DNA from: a virus | Taxonomy: Duplodnaviria; Caudoviricetes | IMG/VR virus record: IMGVR_UViG_3300031949_000831 | Coordinates: 1-40,866 of that record | Length of the DNA: 40,866 bases | Direction: 5' to 3' (one strand) | Shown here: positions 1 through 6,687 of the stretch, piece by piece | Layout: each line of letters starts with the position of its first letter | How positions within the stretch are numbered: position 1 is the first letter of the stretch | The notes under the pieces: model-generated | Databases searched by the model: none | What the model saw: the letters and a program-made list of their open reading frames with translations, nothing else | What the model was told of the DNA's origin: nothing | Translations under genes and position numbers: made by a program

Positions 1-127
1 CATATTTTTTCTACTAACCTCTATCCTAACAGATACTAAAGATAACACAAGGAGCAAAAGGGATTAACAGGGGATAACTTTTACCCACTCCTACTCCTAC
101 TCCAACTCCCACTCCCACTCCCACTCC
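1..127. repeat. Exact duplicate of 40421-40547 (circularisation / assembly-graph junction)
   Basis: Base-by-base identity from CATATTTTTTCTACTAACC to the first mismatch at 128 (a) vs 40548 (c). Confidence 0.95.
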
Positions 128-133
128 AACTCC
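69..133. repeat. 65-bp direct repeat (8 GGAGTN units + GGTAAAAGTTATCCCCT on minus), identical to 39948-40012
   Basis: Direct comparison; the first 59 bp also match 40489-40547. Confidence 0.92.
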
Positions 134-155
134 TCCAACTGCTTAATCAGTTTGT
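123..155. repeat. 33-bp direct repeat shared with 38835-38867 (32/33 identical)
   Basis: ACTCCAACTCCTCCAACTG[C/T]TTAATCAGTTTGT at both sites. Confidence 0.9.
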
Positions 156-373
156 ATGATTATGATTTTACTCTTGGGGAGTTTTAGGGAAATGGCCATA
201 TCTTCTGGGAGCTTGTTTGTAAAATAACAGTATAACTTTTTATCCCGCAAAAGTTCCCACAACATTCGGTCGCCTTCGACCGGCACGGGACCGGATTCTT
301 TAACTAGCTTCTTTTGAAGTAGTTTAAAAGTCTTAAACGAGATCGTGGGGGATAAGAGGTAGACGGTGGTCAT
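143..373 (-). CDS. Hypothetical protein (76 aa)
   Basis: ATGA overlap with the stop of the upstream gene at 370-373; no motif recognised. Confidence 0.6.
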   Translation of the reverse strand: MTTVYLLSPTISFKTFKLLQKKLVKESGPVPVEGDRMLWELLRDKKLYCYFTNKLPEDMAISLKLPKSKIIIIQTD

Positions 374-789
374 TTAATCTTAAACTTATCCGCTAATTTA
401 CCAGACCATTCAGATATTCCTTGATCTCGTGATGGAAGTCTAGTCAATGCTTTTTGAAATGGCTCATTAAGTAATTCTCGTTTATTTTCTTTTATAGCAT
501 ATTCTGCCACTTCCCGTGCTCGAAGGTAAGTTTCATTATAAACCCCCTCTAAATGTTCAATGGCTTGATAATCCTCTGGTTGCATTTTCCAACCTTTGTG
601 CCAACCTTGATCGGTATGCCAATCAGGAGTTATCCGAATAATATCTTGCCCTCTTATCGCTCCACTTTCAAACAAAGCCCGACCAGAACCTTCCATAAAT
701 AACGCAATCGCTTTTGGCAGTTCGTTTTCGGTTATTTTGAGGTAATCAGCTTCGCCATACCCGAATTGGATTTTGAAAAATTTAGTCAT
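370..789 (-). CDS. Hypothetical replication-module protein (possible helicase-loader partner)
   Basis: Directly downstream of the replication initiator; function inferred from position only. Confidence 0.6.
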   Translation of the reverse strand: MTKFFKIQFGYGEADYLKITENELPKAIALFMEGSGRALFESGAIRGQDIIRITPDWHTDQGWHKGWKMQPEDYQAIEHLEGVYNETYLRAREVAEYAIKENKRELLNEPFQKALTRLPSRDQGISEWSGKLADKFKIK

Positions 790-790
790 G

Positions 791-1516
791 TTACCAATAT
801 GTATTACCCTTGCTTTTAAGTTTCGACCTTTCTTTTTTCACCCCCGCCTCTAATTGCGACCATTTATCTCGAAGCTGAATAGGGGTTGTTATTGTAGGCA
901 TATATTCCATTCCGTTGGTTTGGGGTAAAAGTTCGGTGATAATCTTACTCACTTTCTCGAAACCATAAGTAGAAATCAAAAAATCACACGCCTTTCGTTG
1001 AGTAGTATTACCATAGTAGGTTTTACAGGTAGGATTGATTGTTTCAAATAACTTTATAAGGTTTGGGATAAGAGCCGAGCTTGTCTCGGCAAGGGTAGAA
1101 TCTAAATTAGAATTAGAATTAGAATTAGAATTAAGATGCGATACCATATCCATACCATATCCATATGCTATCGCATCATTCAAAATATGGCTAGGAATAG
1201 TCTTTAATTCATTTTCGATACCAATTTTGACTTTTGGGCTGTTTCTATGTTGATATTTAGGGAAGTTCTTTAGAATAACCCACCCCTCAATGTAATAGAC
1301 CTTTGGATTAAGTCTTGGAAGCATTGTTTTTTCTAAATCTCTTTCGTCTATTCCGCTTTCAAAAGCCATTGTTGAAATAGGTAACTCATATATTCCACAG
1401 ATATTATTATGTTCATTGGTGATTAAATACAGAAATAAATACCTATCTAGTGGATTAATTGATCTAATCCAATTATCAGACCACAACCTAGTGTTAATCA
1501 TTCTTTCTTTGGCCAT
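791..1516 (-). CDS. Phage replication initiator / replisome organizer (N-terminal winged helix, DnaD-like C-terminus)
   Basis: N-terminus MAKERMINTRLWSD...RYLFLYLITN...CGIYELP typical of phage initiators; low-complexity NSNSNSN linker. Start re-called to ATG 1516. Confidence 0.8.
   Translation of the reverse strand: MAKERMINTRLWSDNWIRSINPLDRYLFLYLITNEHNNICGIYELPISTMAFESGIDERDLEKTMLPRLNPKVYYIEGWVILKNFPKYQHRNSPKVKIGIENELKTIPSHILNDAIAYGYGMDMVSHLNSNSNSNSNLDSTLAETSSALIPNLIKLFETINPTCKTYYGNTTQRKACDFLISTYGFEKVSKIITELLPQTNGMEYMPTITTPIQLRDKWSQLEAGVKKERSKLKSKGNTYW
1105..1166. repeat. Iteron-like repeats inside the initiator gene (candidate origin)
   Basis: (AATTAG)x4 at 1105-1128 and ATACCATATCC x2 at 1141-1162; lambda O-type initiators carry their origin in this linker region. 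Confidence 0.55.
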
Positions 1517-2054
1517 ATAGATTTTTTCTTTTATTATGTAAAATTCCACAAAAATACTTAAAACTTTTATTGACATCGTTTTGTATTTTATTTGTTGCTA
1601 TAAATATAGCTTCTTCTATTTCAGACGAGGGTAAAAATTTTAGAAATAATTTAATTGTAGCTCTCCCCCGTTGGTTAAAACTATATTTATTATTCCAAAC
1701 CTCACTCCAAATTATAGATAATTTATCAACTCTGTCTTCAACTAATTCATCAATCGTTTTTTGGTATTTATAGAAAGCTTCCATCTGTTCCTTTTTTTCT
1801 TTGATGTGGATTATATTCTCCGATATTTGTTTCGTAGTACTCCCTAGAAGTAAAGTACTTTTCCCACGGTTGCAATCAAAACAAGATGTAATTAAATTCT
1901 CTACTTCATTTTTTCCACTCTTAATTTTCGGTAAAATATGGTCAACCTCTAAAATTACACTAGGGGGTTTTTGACCACAATATTGGCAGGTAAATTCATC
2001 CCTATCAAAAATTAAGAATCTAATCTTTTTACTCAATGATTTTTCTTTAATCAT
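1494..2054 (-). CDS. HNH endonuclease
   Basis: RDEFTCQYCG...LEVDHILP..SGKNEVENLITSCFDCNRGK motif. Confidence 0.9.
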   Translation of the reverse strand: MIKEKSLSKKIRFLIFDRDEFTCQYCGQKPPSVILEVDHILPKIKSGKNEVENLITSCFDCNRGKSTLLLGSTTKQISENIIHIKEKKEQMEAFYKYQKTIDELVEDRVDKLSIIWSEVWNNKYSFNQRGRATIKLFLKFLPSSEIEEAIFIATNKIQNDVNKSFKYFCGILHNKRKNLYGQRKND

Positions 2055-2155
2055 ATTATTTCAACCAAAAATCCCTAGCCTATGTGCGCCGATCCGTGAG
2101 AATCGATCATAAGCTAGGGGTTGCTGATAAAAATAACTCACGGGCTTGCGCATAC
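2052..2155 (-). ncRNA. Structured 5' leader of the HNH/initiator operon
   Basis: 12-bp stem 2073-2084/2108-2119 (G-U pair on minus), apical hairpin CGAUUC-UCAC-GGAUCG, and an outer stem reaching the ATG at 2054. Confidence 0.55.
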
Positions 2156-2160
2156 TTCCC

Positions 2161-2203
2161 ATTATACCACACCCACCCCTCGTCAATGTTTGAAAGTGGA
2201 TAA
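2161..2203 (-). promoter_or_regulatory. Extended -10 promoter (TGTGGTATAAT) with upstream DnaA-box-like TTATCCACT
   Basis: TATAAT 2166-2161; TTGACG 2186-2181 (short 14-bp spacer); 9-mer at 2195-2203. Confidence 0.65.
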
Positions 2204-2206
2204 GTA

Positions 2207-2446
2207 GCAAAAAGTCCCCTTGCGGGAACCTCGTGCCGATCGGGGACACCCCGGTCCAAAGTTAATTTCTTTCCCTAGACCTTCGGTTGCTCGAAGTTTA
2301 TTGCTAGGGCGGGAGAATTGCATATCCTCGGCACTGGTTCGTGGTAGCTATATCCACGCTACGCCGAGTTTTAGCGTTTAACCATTCTCACTGTGTCTCC
2401 TCGTTTAGAATGGCGAGCCAGACTGTTACAACGCAGTCGTGGCAGT
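2207..2446 (-). ncRNA. Candidate ~240-nt multi-hairpin ncRNA
   Basis: -10 TATGAT at 2458-2453, five consecutive hairpins, last hairpin 2214-2247 followed by U5; no credible ORF. Confidence 0.55.
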
Positions 2447-2481
2447 AACTCTATCATACCTTAATTTCCTTGATTTTGATA

Positions 2482-2925
2482 TTAAGTTTCTTTTTCATAG
2501 TCTTTGTTCAAAGGGGCGGGGTCGGGATCATTGGGAAAAGAGGGTAACTCTATTTCAATTTTTTCCCCGAAAAATCTAACTAGATGGTCATAGACCTTGT
2601 CAATATCTTCCAATTTGGATAATTCGGTAGTAGAGTTTTTTCCGAGAACTAATTTTTGTATTCTTCGCCACAGTAATTCTTTGACTAATTTTTCTGTCCA
2701 ATCTATCTCGGCTGTTTTTTGGAGTACCGCTTGAACCTTGATATTACTATTATTCAAGTGTTCAGCCAGTTGGCGAAAAAATAAATGCAACGCTCGGTTT
2801 TGCAATTCTGTCCTCGGCTTGGGTACATACTCCTCCTTGATCCGGTTGATGTAGGCCTCTAGTTTTGGCCTCACTTGCCAAGGGTTATTATTCAATATCT
2901 CTTGTAGGTCAGTTTTCAGGGACAT
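2482..2925 (-). CDS. NinB/Orf-like recombination mediator
   Basis: PRTELQNRALHLFFRQLAEHLN and STTELSK motifs typical of NinB-like proteins. Confidence 0.65.
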   Translation of the reverse strand: MSLKTDLQEILNNNPWQVRPKLEAYINRIKEEYVPKPRTELQNRALHLFFRQLAEHLNNSNIKVQAVLQKTAEIDWTEKLVKELLWRRIQKLVLGKNSTTELSKLEDIDKVYDHLVRFFGEKIEIELPSFPNDPDPAPLNKDYEKET

Positions 2926-3244
2926 TTTGGTTCTTTATTAAATCCAGCCAATCCTCGGAGTGAATAACACACAACCATTGCTTTTTAGGAAAATTATCAA
3001 AGTGAATTGCGAGTAAAGGACTATTATGAGCCACACTAGAGTCTCTTGATACTTGTCGCCACGCTTCTTGCAGATTTATTTTCTTGCAAGTTTTAACCTC
3101 AATCGTTAAATCAAGTCCATTGGCAATATCTCCTTTCCAAACCGAACCACCAGACATAGAATTACGAAATGCTTTAATCCCGTTTTCCATTAACCAATGA
3201 GCAAATTCGTGTTCTCCGCGGTTGCCTTTCTTTTTAGCATTCAT
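2909..3244 (-). CDS. Holliday junction resolvase (Hjc-like PD-(D/E)XK)
   Basis: AKKKGNRGEHE...GD...IEVK...WRQ motifs. Confidence 0.8.
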   Translation of the reverse strand: MNAKKKGNRGEHEFAHWLMENGIKAFRNSMSGGSVWKGDIANGLDLTIEVKTCKKINLQEAWRQVSRDSSVAHNSPLLAIHFDNFPKKQWLCVIHSEDWLDLIKNQNVPEN

Positions 3245-3615
3245 AAAAAAGAAAGAAAGTAGATTAAATCTTTGAATCTCAACCGTGCTAATTCACCCAT
3301 AATACCAATATCTCGACCGTAGGGAATACGAACAAGTTTGATTCCTGCCTCTTGACATAATCTGTCTTTCAAACTATCGTTTCTCTGTTGGTATTTTAAT
3401 CTTTCTTCTCCATAACAATTTGTTCTGTGTGTTTGACCATCAACTTCAAAAGCTAGATTTAATTTAGGTAAATATAAATCTAACTCAAATCCATACCCTG
3501 TTTTGGGATTGATAATTAAATTCCTCGATCTTCGAATAATCTCAATGTTTCCTAATTTTTCTCTTATTTTTCTATATATTAACTCTTCTCCAGCAGATTT
3601 TCCTGCCGGTAACAT
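3241..3615 (-). CDS. Vsr/DUF559-like PD-(D/E)XK endonuclease
   Basis: SAGEE...ELDLYLPKLNLAFEVDGQTH...RNDSLKDRLC...GIKLVRIPY. Start re-called to ATG 3615. Confidence 0.8.
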   Translation of the reverse strand: MLPAGKSAGEELIYRKIREKLGNIEIIRRSRNLIINPKTGYGFELDLYLPKLNLAFEVDGQTHRTNCYGEERLKYQQRNDSLKDRLCQEAGIKLVRIPYGRDIGIMGELARLRFKDLIYFLSFL

Positions 3616-3619
3616 ACCT

Positions 3620-3760
3620 TTATTTCGTCTCAAATTCTTTGTTAAGGTCGGGTACTCGGTAAAGGACTTTCTTGTAGGGTGAGTCAACCAAAAAATACTG
3701 GTAGTCTTTGCCGTGTTCCGTTTTGACCCATCGCCCCTCGATTTGCCAGCCGTCATTCAC
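3620..3760 (-). CDS. Small hypothetical protein
   Basis: GTG 3760 overlaps the upstream stop and fills the gap between neighbouring genes. Confidence 0.45.
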   Translation of the reverse strand: MNDGWQIEGRWVKTEHGKDYQYFLVDSPYKKVLYRVPDLNKEFETK

Positions 3761-4217
3761 TAACTGGATTTTGGTACTTCTTGTGTTCATCAAGAAACCA
3801 ATTACGCCATTTAGTGATAAAACCCATAACTTCGTCATTGGTCATCGCGGGCACATCGTACTTAGCGATTAGGTTTATGGCGGCATTGGTGCTACTGAAG
3901 AAAGCAATACTTGTTTCTTTCCGGTCTTGGGCTTCTTTGATAAATCCGGCTTTCCTTTCTTGCGCTTGGGCAATACCCGTTCGGGCCATAAATTTAGGTG
4001 GGTTTAATTTGCCAACAAGGTTATGGTATTTTCCTTTAGTCGCTAATTCCGCCTCCACTTCGGCCCCGTCAACCGCTAGAGGGTAAATCTCACTGTCAGG
4101 CCAAATGCTGGCGGTCAAAGCCCCCTGATTTTCTTGGTTTACGGCCAGACAGGTTTTATAGGTCTTGCCGCTCTGTGAGGTTTTAATTTCAACGCTCGAT
4201 AATTTATATTTTGCCAT
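3753..4217 (-). CDS. Putative ssDNA-binding / recombination protein (OB-fold-like N-terminus)
   Basis: Beta-rich N-terminus (KTSQSGKTYK...ASIW...EVEAEL..KGKYHNL) and position in the recombination module. Start re-called to ATG 4217. Confidence 0.5.
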   Translation of the reverse strand: MAKYKLSSVEIKTSQSGKTYKTCLAVNQENQGALTASIWPDSEIYPLAVDGAEVEAELATKGKYHNLVGKLNPPKFMARTGIAQAQERKAGFIKEAQDRKETSIAFFSSTNAAINLIAKYDVPAMTNDEVMGFITKWRNWFLDEHKKYQNPVSE

Positions 4218-4347
4218 AAAGTTTTTCACAACCGGCGCAACCGTCCTCTGGCGAGAGATGACAGTCGTGATCGTCATCTTTCGCGTAAATTGCTTTGTTA
4301 ATCAACTCCATCGCCTTTAATTGATAATCTAAAATTGGGTCATTCAT
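4204..4347 (-). CDS. Small metal-binding protein (47 aa, HDCHLSPEDGCAGC)
   Basis: Hand translation; overlaps both neighbours; clustered His/Cys. Not in the ORF track. Confidence 0.65.
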   Translation of the reverse strand: MNDPILDYQLKAMELINKAIYAKDDDHDCHLSPEDGCAGCEKLYGKI

Positions 4348-4432
4348 AGGAATCTAATTTATCTTCTTCGTCGTCGAGGGAAGGTTCTATACCTATTTCA
4401 ACGAGGGAAAAGTGATCTGATAATGAGTCCAT
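4340..4432 (-). CDS. Small acidic peptide (30 aa)
   Basis: MDSLSDHFSLVEIGIEPSLDDEEDKLDSYE; tightly packed between neighbours. Confidence 0.5.
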   Translation of the reverse strand: MDSLSDHFSLVEIGIEPSLDDEEDKLDSYE

Positions 4433-4433
4433 A

Positions 4434-4565
4434 TTAGGTAATTAAAGAAACCACCAAGTGTCCAAGAAAATAGATTAAAGGAATTGCCACGGCCAAAAAG
4501 GTCAAGCGGTTAAAAAACTTCTCTCGTTGCTTGTCTAGTTTCCAGTTGTTAATTATGCCGTTCAT
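4434..4565 (-). CDS. Small single-TM membrane protein (43 aa)
   Basis: MNGIINNWKLDKQREKFFNRLTFLAVAIPLIYFLGHLVVSLIT; ATGA-coupled to the RHH gene. Confidence 0.6.
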   Translation of the reverse strand: MNGIINNWKLDKQREKFFNRLTFLAVAIPLIYFLGHLVVSLIT

Positions 4566-4684
4566 AAATTCTTATCAATTAAATCCCTAATAATGGCGCT
4601 CTCGCTCCCCTTGCGTCCGGCTTTGCCTTCTAATTTCTTGACCTGCTTGGAAGTCAAATAAATCGTCTTTCTAAACCATTTCAT
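4562..4684 (-). CDS. Ribbon-helix-helix (CopG/Arc-like) regulator (40 aa)
   Basis: MKWFRKTIYLTSKQVKKLEGKAGRKGSESAIIRDLIDKNL fits the RHH strand-helix-GxS-helix pattern; first gene after a promoter. Confidence 0.75.
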   Translation of the reverse strand: MKWFRKTIYLTSKQVKKLEGKAGRKGSESAIIRDLIDKNL

Positions 4685-4818
4685 AAATTGTTTATCTCCG
4701 GTTTACTGGACGGCATCTTGCGATATTTAACGCGGGGGTTGTCGGTAAGCCCAGCCGAGACCAGACTGCCGTTTACTAGCCAGCGCCCTACCGCCCAGAA
4801 AACCGGAGACAAATTTAT
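4682..4818 (-). ncRNA. Structured leader RNA upstream of the RHH gene
   Basis: 25-bp stem 4691-4715/4789-4813 with three G-U pairs on minus; internal AUC-GCAA-GAU tetraloop hairpin; GGAG lies within the 3' arm. Confidence 0.7.
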
Positions 4819-4842
4819 TATTATATTAAACGACCTCCTACC

Positions 4843-4937
4843 ATATTAACAGGTGGTGATATGTCGTCAAGGGGGTAAGTCGTCATAGTGTGGATAACTT
4901 TAATTTCATTGACATTTTACCCATAATTTGCTATGCT
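4843..4937. promoter_or_regulatory. Divergent sigma70-type promoters flanking a perfect DnaA box
   Basis: Minus: TTGACG(4870-4865)-16 bp-TAATAT with TG extension. Plus: TTGACA(4909-4914)-17 bp-TATGCT(4932-4937). TGTGGATAA at 4889-4897. Confidence 0.75.
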
Positions 4938-4943
4938 TGAGTC

Positions 4944-5041
4944 GCAGGTTAATCCTGACTAGAGCGTTCAAGTGGAACGTAAATAACCACCTAGTTTAAA
5001 CTCAAAACTAAACTCCCCGTTATTAGGCGGGGAGTTTTTTT
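4944..5041 (+). ncRNA. Candidate ~100-nt small RNA
   Basis: Consensus promoter upstream, hairpins CAGG/CCTG and CGTTC/GAACG, intrinsic terminator at the 3' end, no ORF. Confidence 0.6.
5010..5041. terminator. Intrinsic terminator, probably bidirectional
   Basis: AAACTCCCCG...CGGGGAGTTT stem with T7 on plus and an A-rich flank on the other side; lies at the end of the late operon. Confidence 0.8.
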
Positions 5042-5238
5042 ATGGAAACTTTTATCTCGCATTGGCACATTTTTTGGGTGGGTAATTTAACCCAATCACA
5101 TTTAAGACAAGGTTTTAACCGGAGGTTCTGTCGTCTGTTAATTTCGCGCGCCAGAACATCTTTTTTAACTTGCTCTGCTTCGTTAATCGTAATTAGAGTT
5201 CCAGCAGATACTTGATTGTTTCCAGTGTTGAGTTCCAT
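5023..5238 (-). CDS. Possible small Cys-containing protein (start uncertain)
   Basis: CLKC...CQC; overlaps the transglycosylase 3' end and runs into the terminator. Confidence 0.3.
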   Translation of the reverse strand: MELNTGNNQVSAGTLITINEAEQVKKDVLAREINRRQNLRLKPCLKCDWVKLPTQKMCQCEIKVSIKKLPA

Positions 5239-5566
5239 CTCTATAGATTTTGAGTGCGCAAAGTACATTATCAGTAGGATTTAGAGGATCACCCAAACAG
5301 CCAAAATCAGTCCAGGTCAAATCAATAATCTGGAATAATCCCTTAGCACTTGAATGAGGATTCTGAGCTGTCGGATAATGGCGCGATTCACACCAGGCTA
5401 TTTTTTGGGCCTGATAACCGTCATACCCGCGAAGCTGGAATTGATAACCAATAAATTCTTTTATCGAACCAAAATACTCGGGTATCTTTTCTACTCTTTG
5501 CTCTTGATTACTTTGATATAATTCACCAACATCACCAAGAGACCACCCACTGTCAGGTTCGCCCAC
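5183..5566 (-). CDS. Lytic transglycosylase (SLT/Rpf-like); start uncertain
   Basis: IAWCES...AQNPHSSAKGLFQII..TW...NP.DNV..A..IY....W motifs. Confidence 0.8.
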   Translation of the reverse strand: MGEPDSGWSLGDVGELYQSNQEQRVEKIPEYFGSIKEFIGYQFQLRGYDGYQAQKIAWCESRHYPTAQNPHSSAKGLFQIIDLTWTDFGCLGDPLNPTDNVLCALKIYRDGTQHWKQSSICWNSNYD

Positions 5567-5658
5567 TCGGGGAAATGAAAAATAAATAAAGGAGCGGCGA
5601 AGACAATGACAGCAGTTAGGCCCTTGAAAAGACCCTTACCGAAACTATATTTTGTCAT
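5491..5658 (-). CDS. Putative holin (55 aa, two hydrophobic segments)
   Basis: MTKYSFGKGLFKGLTAVIVFAAPLFIFHFPEWANLTVGGLLVMLVNYIKVIKSKE; lies between two muralytic genes. Not in the ORF track. Confidence 0.65.
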   Translation of the reverse strand: MTKYSFGKGLFKGLTAVIVFAAPLFIFHFPEWANLTVGGLLVMLVNYIKVIKSKE

Positions 5659-5659
5659 A

Positions 5660-6289
5660 CTATTGATTATACAACTTTTTTTTGAGTAAAAGTAGCAACC
5701 GTCTGAAAGTTATCAACAAGTCTAAATACTGACGCTTTATATTCAAAACGTCAAGGATGAAGTGGTTTTCCCAGTAAGGAGCCAAATCCTCTGCGCCAAA
5801 ATAACCATTTTCCTTACCAATTGTTTCACCCGTTAATAGCGTGCGTTTAAGTCCAAAATGGAGATGATCGCCAGAAGACATCCCAGTCGAATCGGCGTAA
5901 CCAATTAACTGACCGGGCAGTATTTTTTGCTTATCAAAGACATTAACGGACAACAAATGCCAGTATAAAAGACAAACGTAGTTATTTCCAATTTGAGGTG
6001 TGTCCGATATGACCCTTACACCAACACCTCCGGCATTATCTATTTCACTTTTAGCCCAGCCGATATAGTTTCCAGAATGGTACACTGGTTCTCCTCTGAC
6101 CGCCGATAGGTCATAGCCATTATGTCCTTTAAGACCAATCGCGGGGTAAAGGTATCTAAATCCCTCACGGCATAAACCAGTGTCATAAACCCCCTCGACT
6201 GGGCTTAGGGCATTCTTAGGCACGCAAGCTCGATTGTCACCAAAAAATTGAGTTATTAGGTTGGTTTTTATGGGACGGTAGATTTTCAT
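5660..6289 (-). CDS. M23-family peptidase (endolysin)
   Basis: HNGYD (HxxxD), YWHL, GYADSTGMSSGDHLHF (HxH). Confidence 0.92.
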   Translation of the reverse strand: MKIYRPIKTNLITQFFGDNRACVPKNALSPVEGVYDTGLCREGFRYLYPAIGLKGHNGYDLSAVRGEPVYHSGNYIGWAKSEIDNAGGVGVRVISDTPQIGNNYVCLLYWHLLSVNVFDKQKILPGQLIGYADSTGMSSGDHLHFGLKRTLLTGETIGKENGYFGAEDLAPYWENHFILDVLNIKRQYLDLLITFRRLLLLLKKKLYNQ

Positions 6290-6510
6290 TTAATAAATTT
6301 GATTACAAAGTCTAATGCCACTACAAGCAAGGCCAATCCTCCAGCATAGTAGGCGATTTTTTGTTTTACGACACCTAAGTCGTTCGCTAGGGCAGTTAAA
6401 TCTTTGCTAATGTGATTGAGATGATTTTCTCTGATTTCTGCAATGTCTTTCCTTAATTGGCCAACTTGTTCTTGCAAAACCGCTATTTTTACTATTGTTT
6501 GGTCGTTCAT
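6286..6510 (-). CDS. Coiled-coil protein with C-terminal TM (XhlA/holin-like)
   Basis: Heptad N-terminus, NHL.H motif and a C-terminal hydrophobic helix; directly upstream of the endolysin. Confidence 0.65.
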   Translation of the reverse strand: MNDQTIVKIAVLQEQVGQLRKDIAEIRENHLNHISKDLTALANDLGVVKQKIAYYAGGLALLVVALDFVIKFIK

Positions 6511-6516
6511 TTGCCA

Positions 6517-6687
6517 CTATTGTCCGCCATTTTTTCCCGCTGTGTTAATTAAATTGACTATTTGCTGTATCACCGCTTGTTGATTTCGCACCTGTGTCCG
6601 CAGTTTGTAAACCACCCAAGCGTGGGTGCCAAACAAAGCCACGATCGCCCCTAAAATAAAAATAATTATATAATTTTTTATTGGCAT
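6517..6687 (-). CDS. Small N-terminal-TM protein (56 aa)
   Basis: MPIKNYIIIFILGAIVALFGTHAWVVYKLRTQ...; hand translation. Confidence 0.6.
   Translation of the reverse strand: MPIKNYIIIFILGAIVALFGTHAWVVYKLRTQVRNQQAVIQQIVNLINTAGKNGGQ

Noticed and set aside
1-133. True telomeres or terminal repeats of a linear genome
   Set aside because: The tracts are internal to unique flanks, and the 127/126-bp duplications look like assembly-graph junctions. No protelomerase or terminal protein recognised.
123-155. attL/attR pair with 38835-38867 (integrated prophage)
   Set aside because: No integrase recognised and DNA outside the pair is phage-like and circularises; kept only as a recombination scar.
2061-2249. 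62-aa minus-strand ORF
   Set aside because: Runs across a terminator, a promoter and a structured leader; no protein-like features.
2207-2446. tRNA or tmRNA genes
   Set aside because: No cloverleaf with T-loop GTTCRA and acceptor stem found here or in other intergenic gaps by eye.
4720-4740. Pistol ribozyme (GCGUUAAAUA resembles its linker)
   Set aside because: I could not build the P1 hairpin, pseudoknot and P2/P3 around it; a covariance-model search would settle it.
4851-4991. Inverted 10-mer AGGTGGTGAT / ATAACCACCT as an RHH operator
   Set aside because: Only 9/10 and about 120 bp apart; too weak without further copies.
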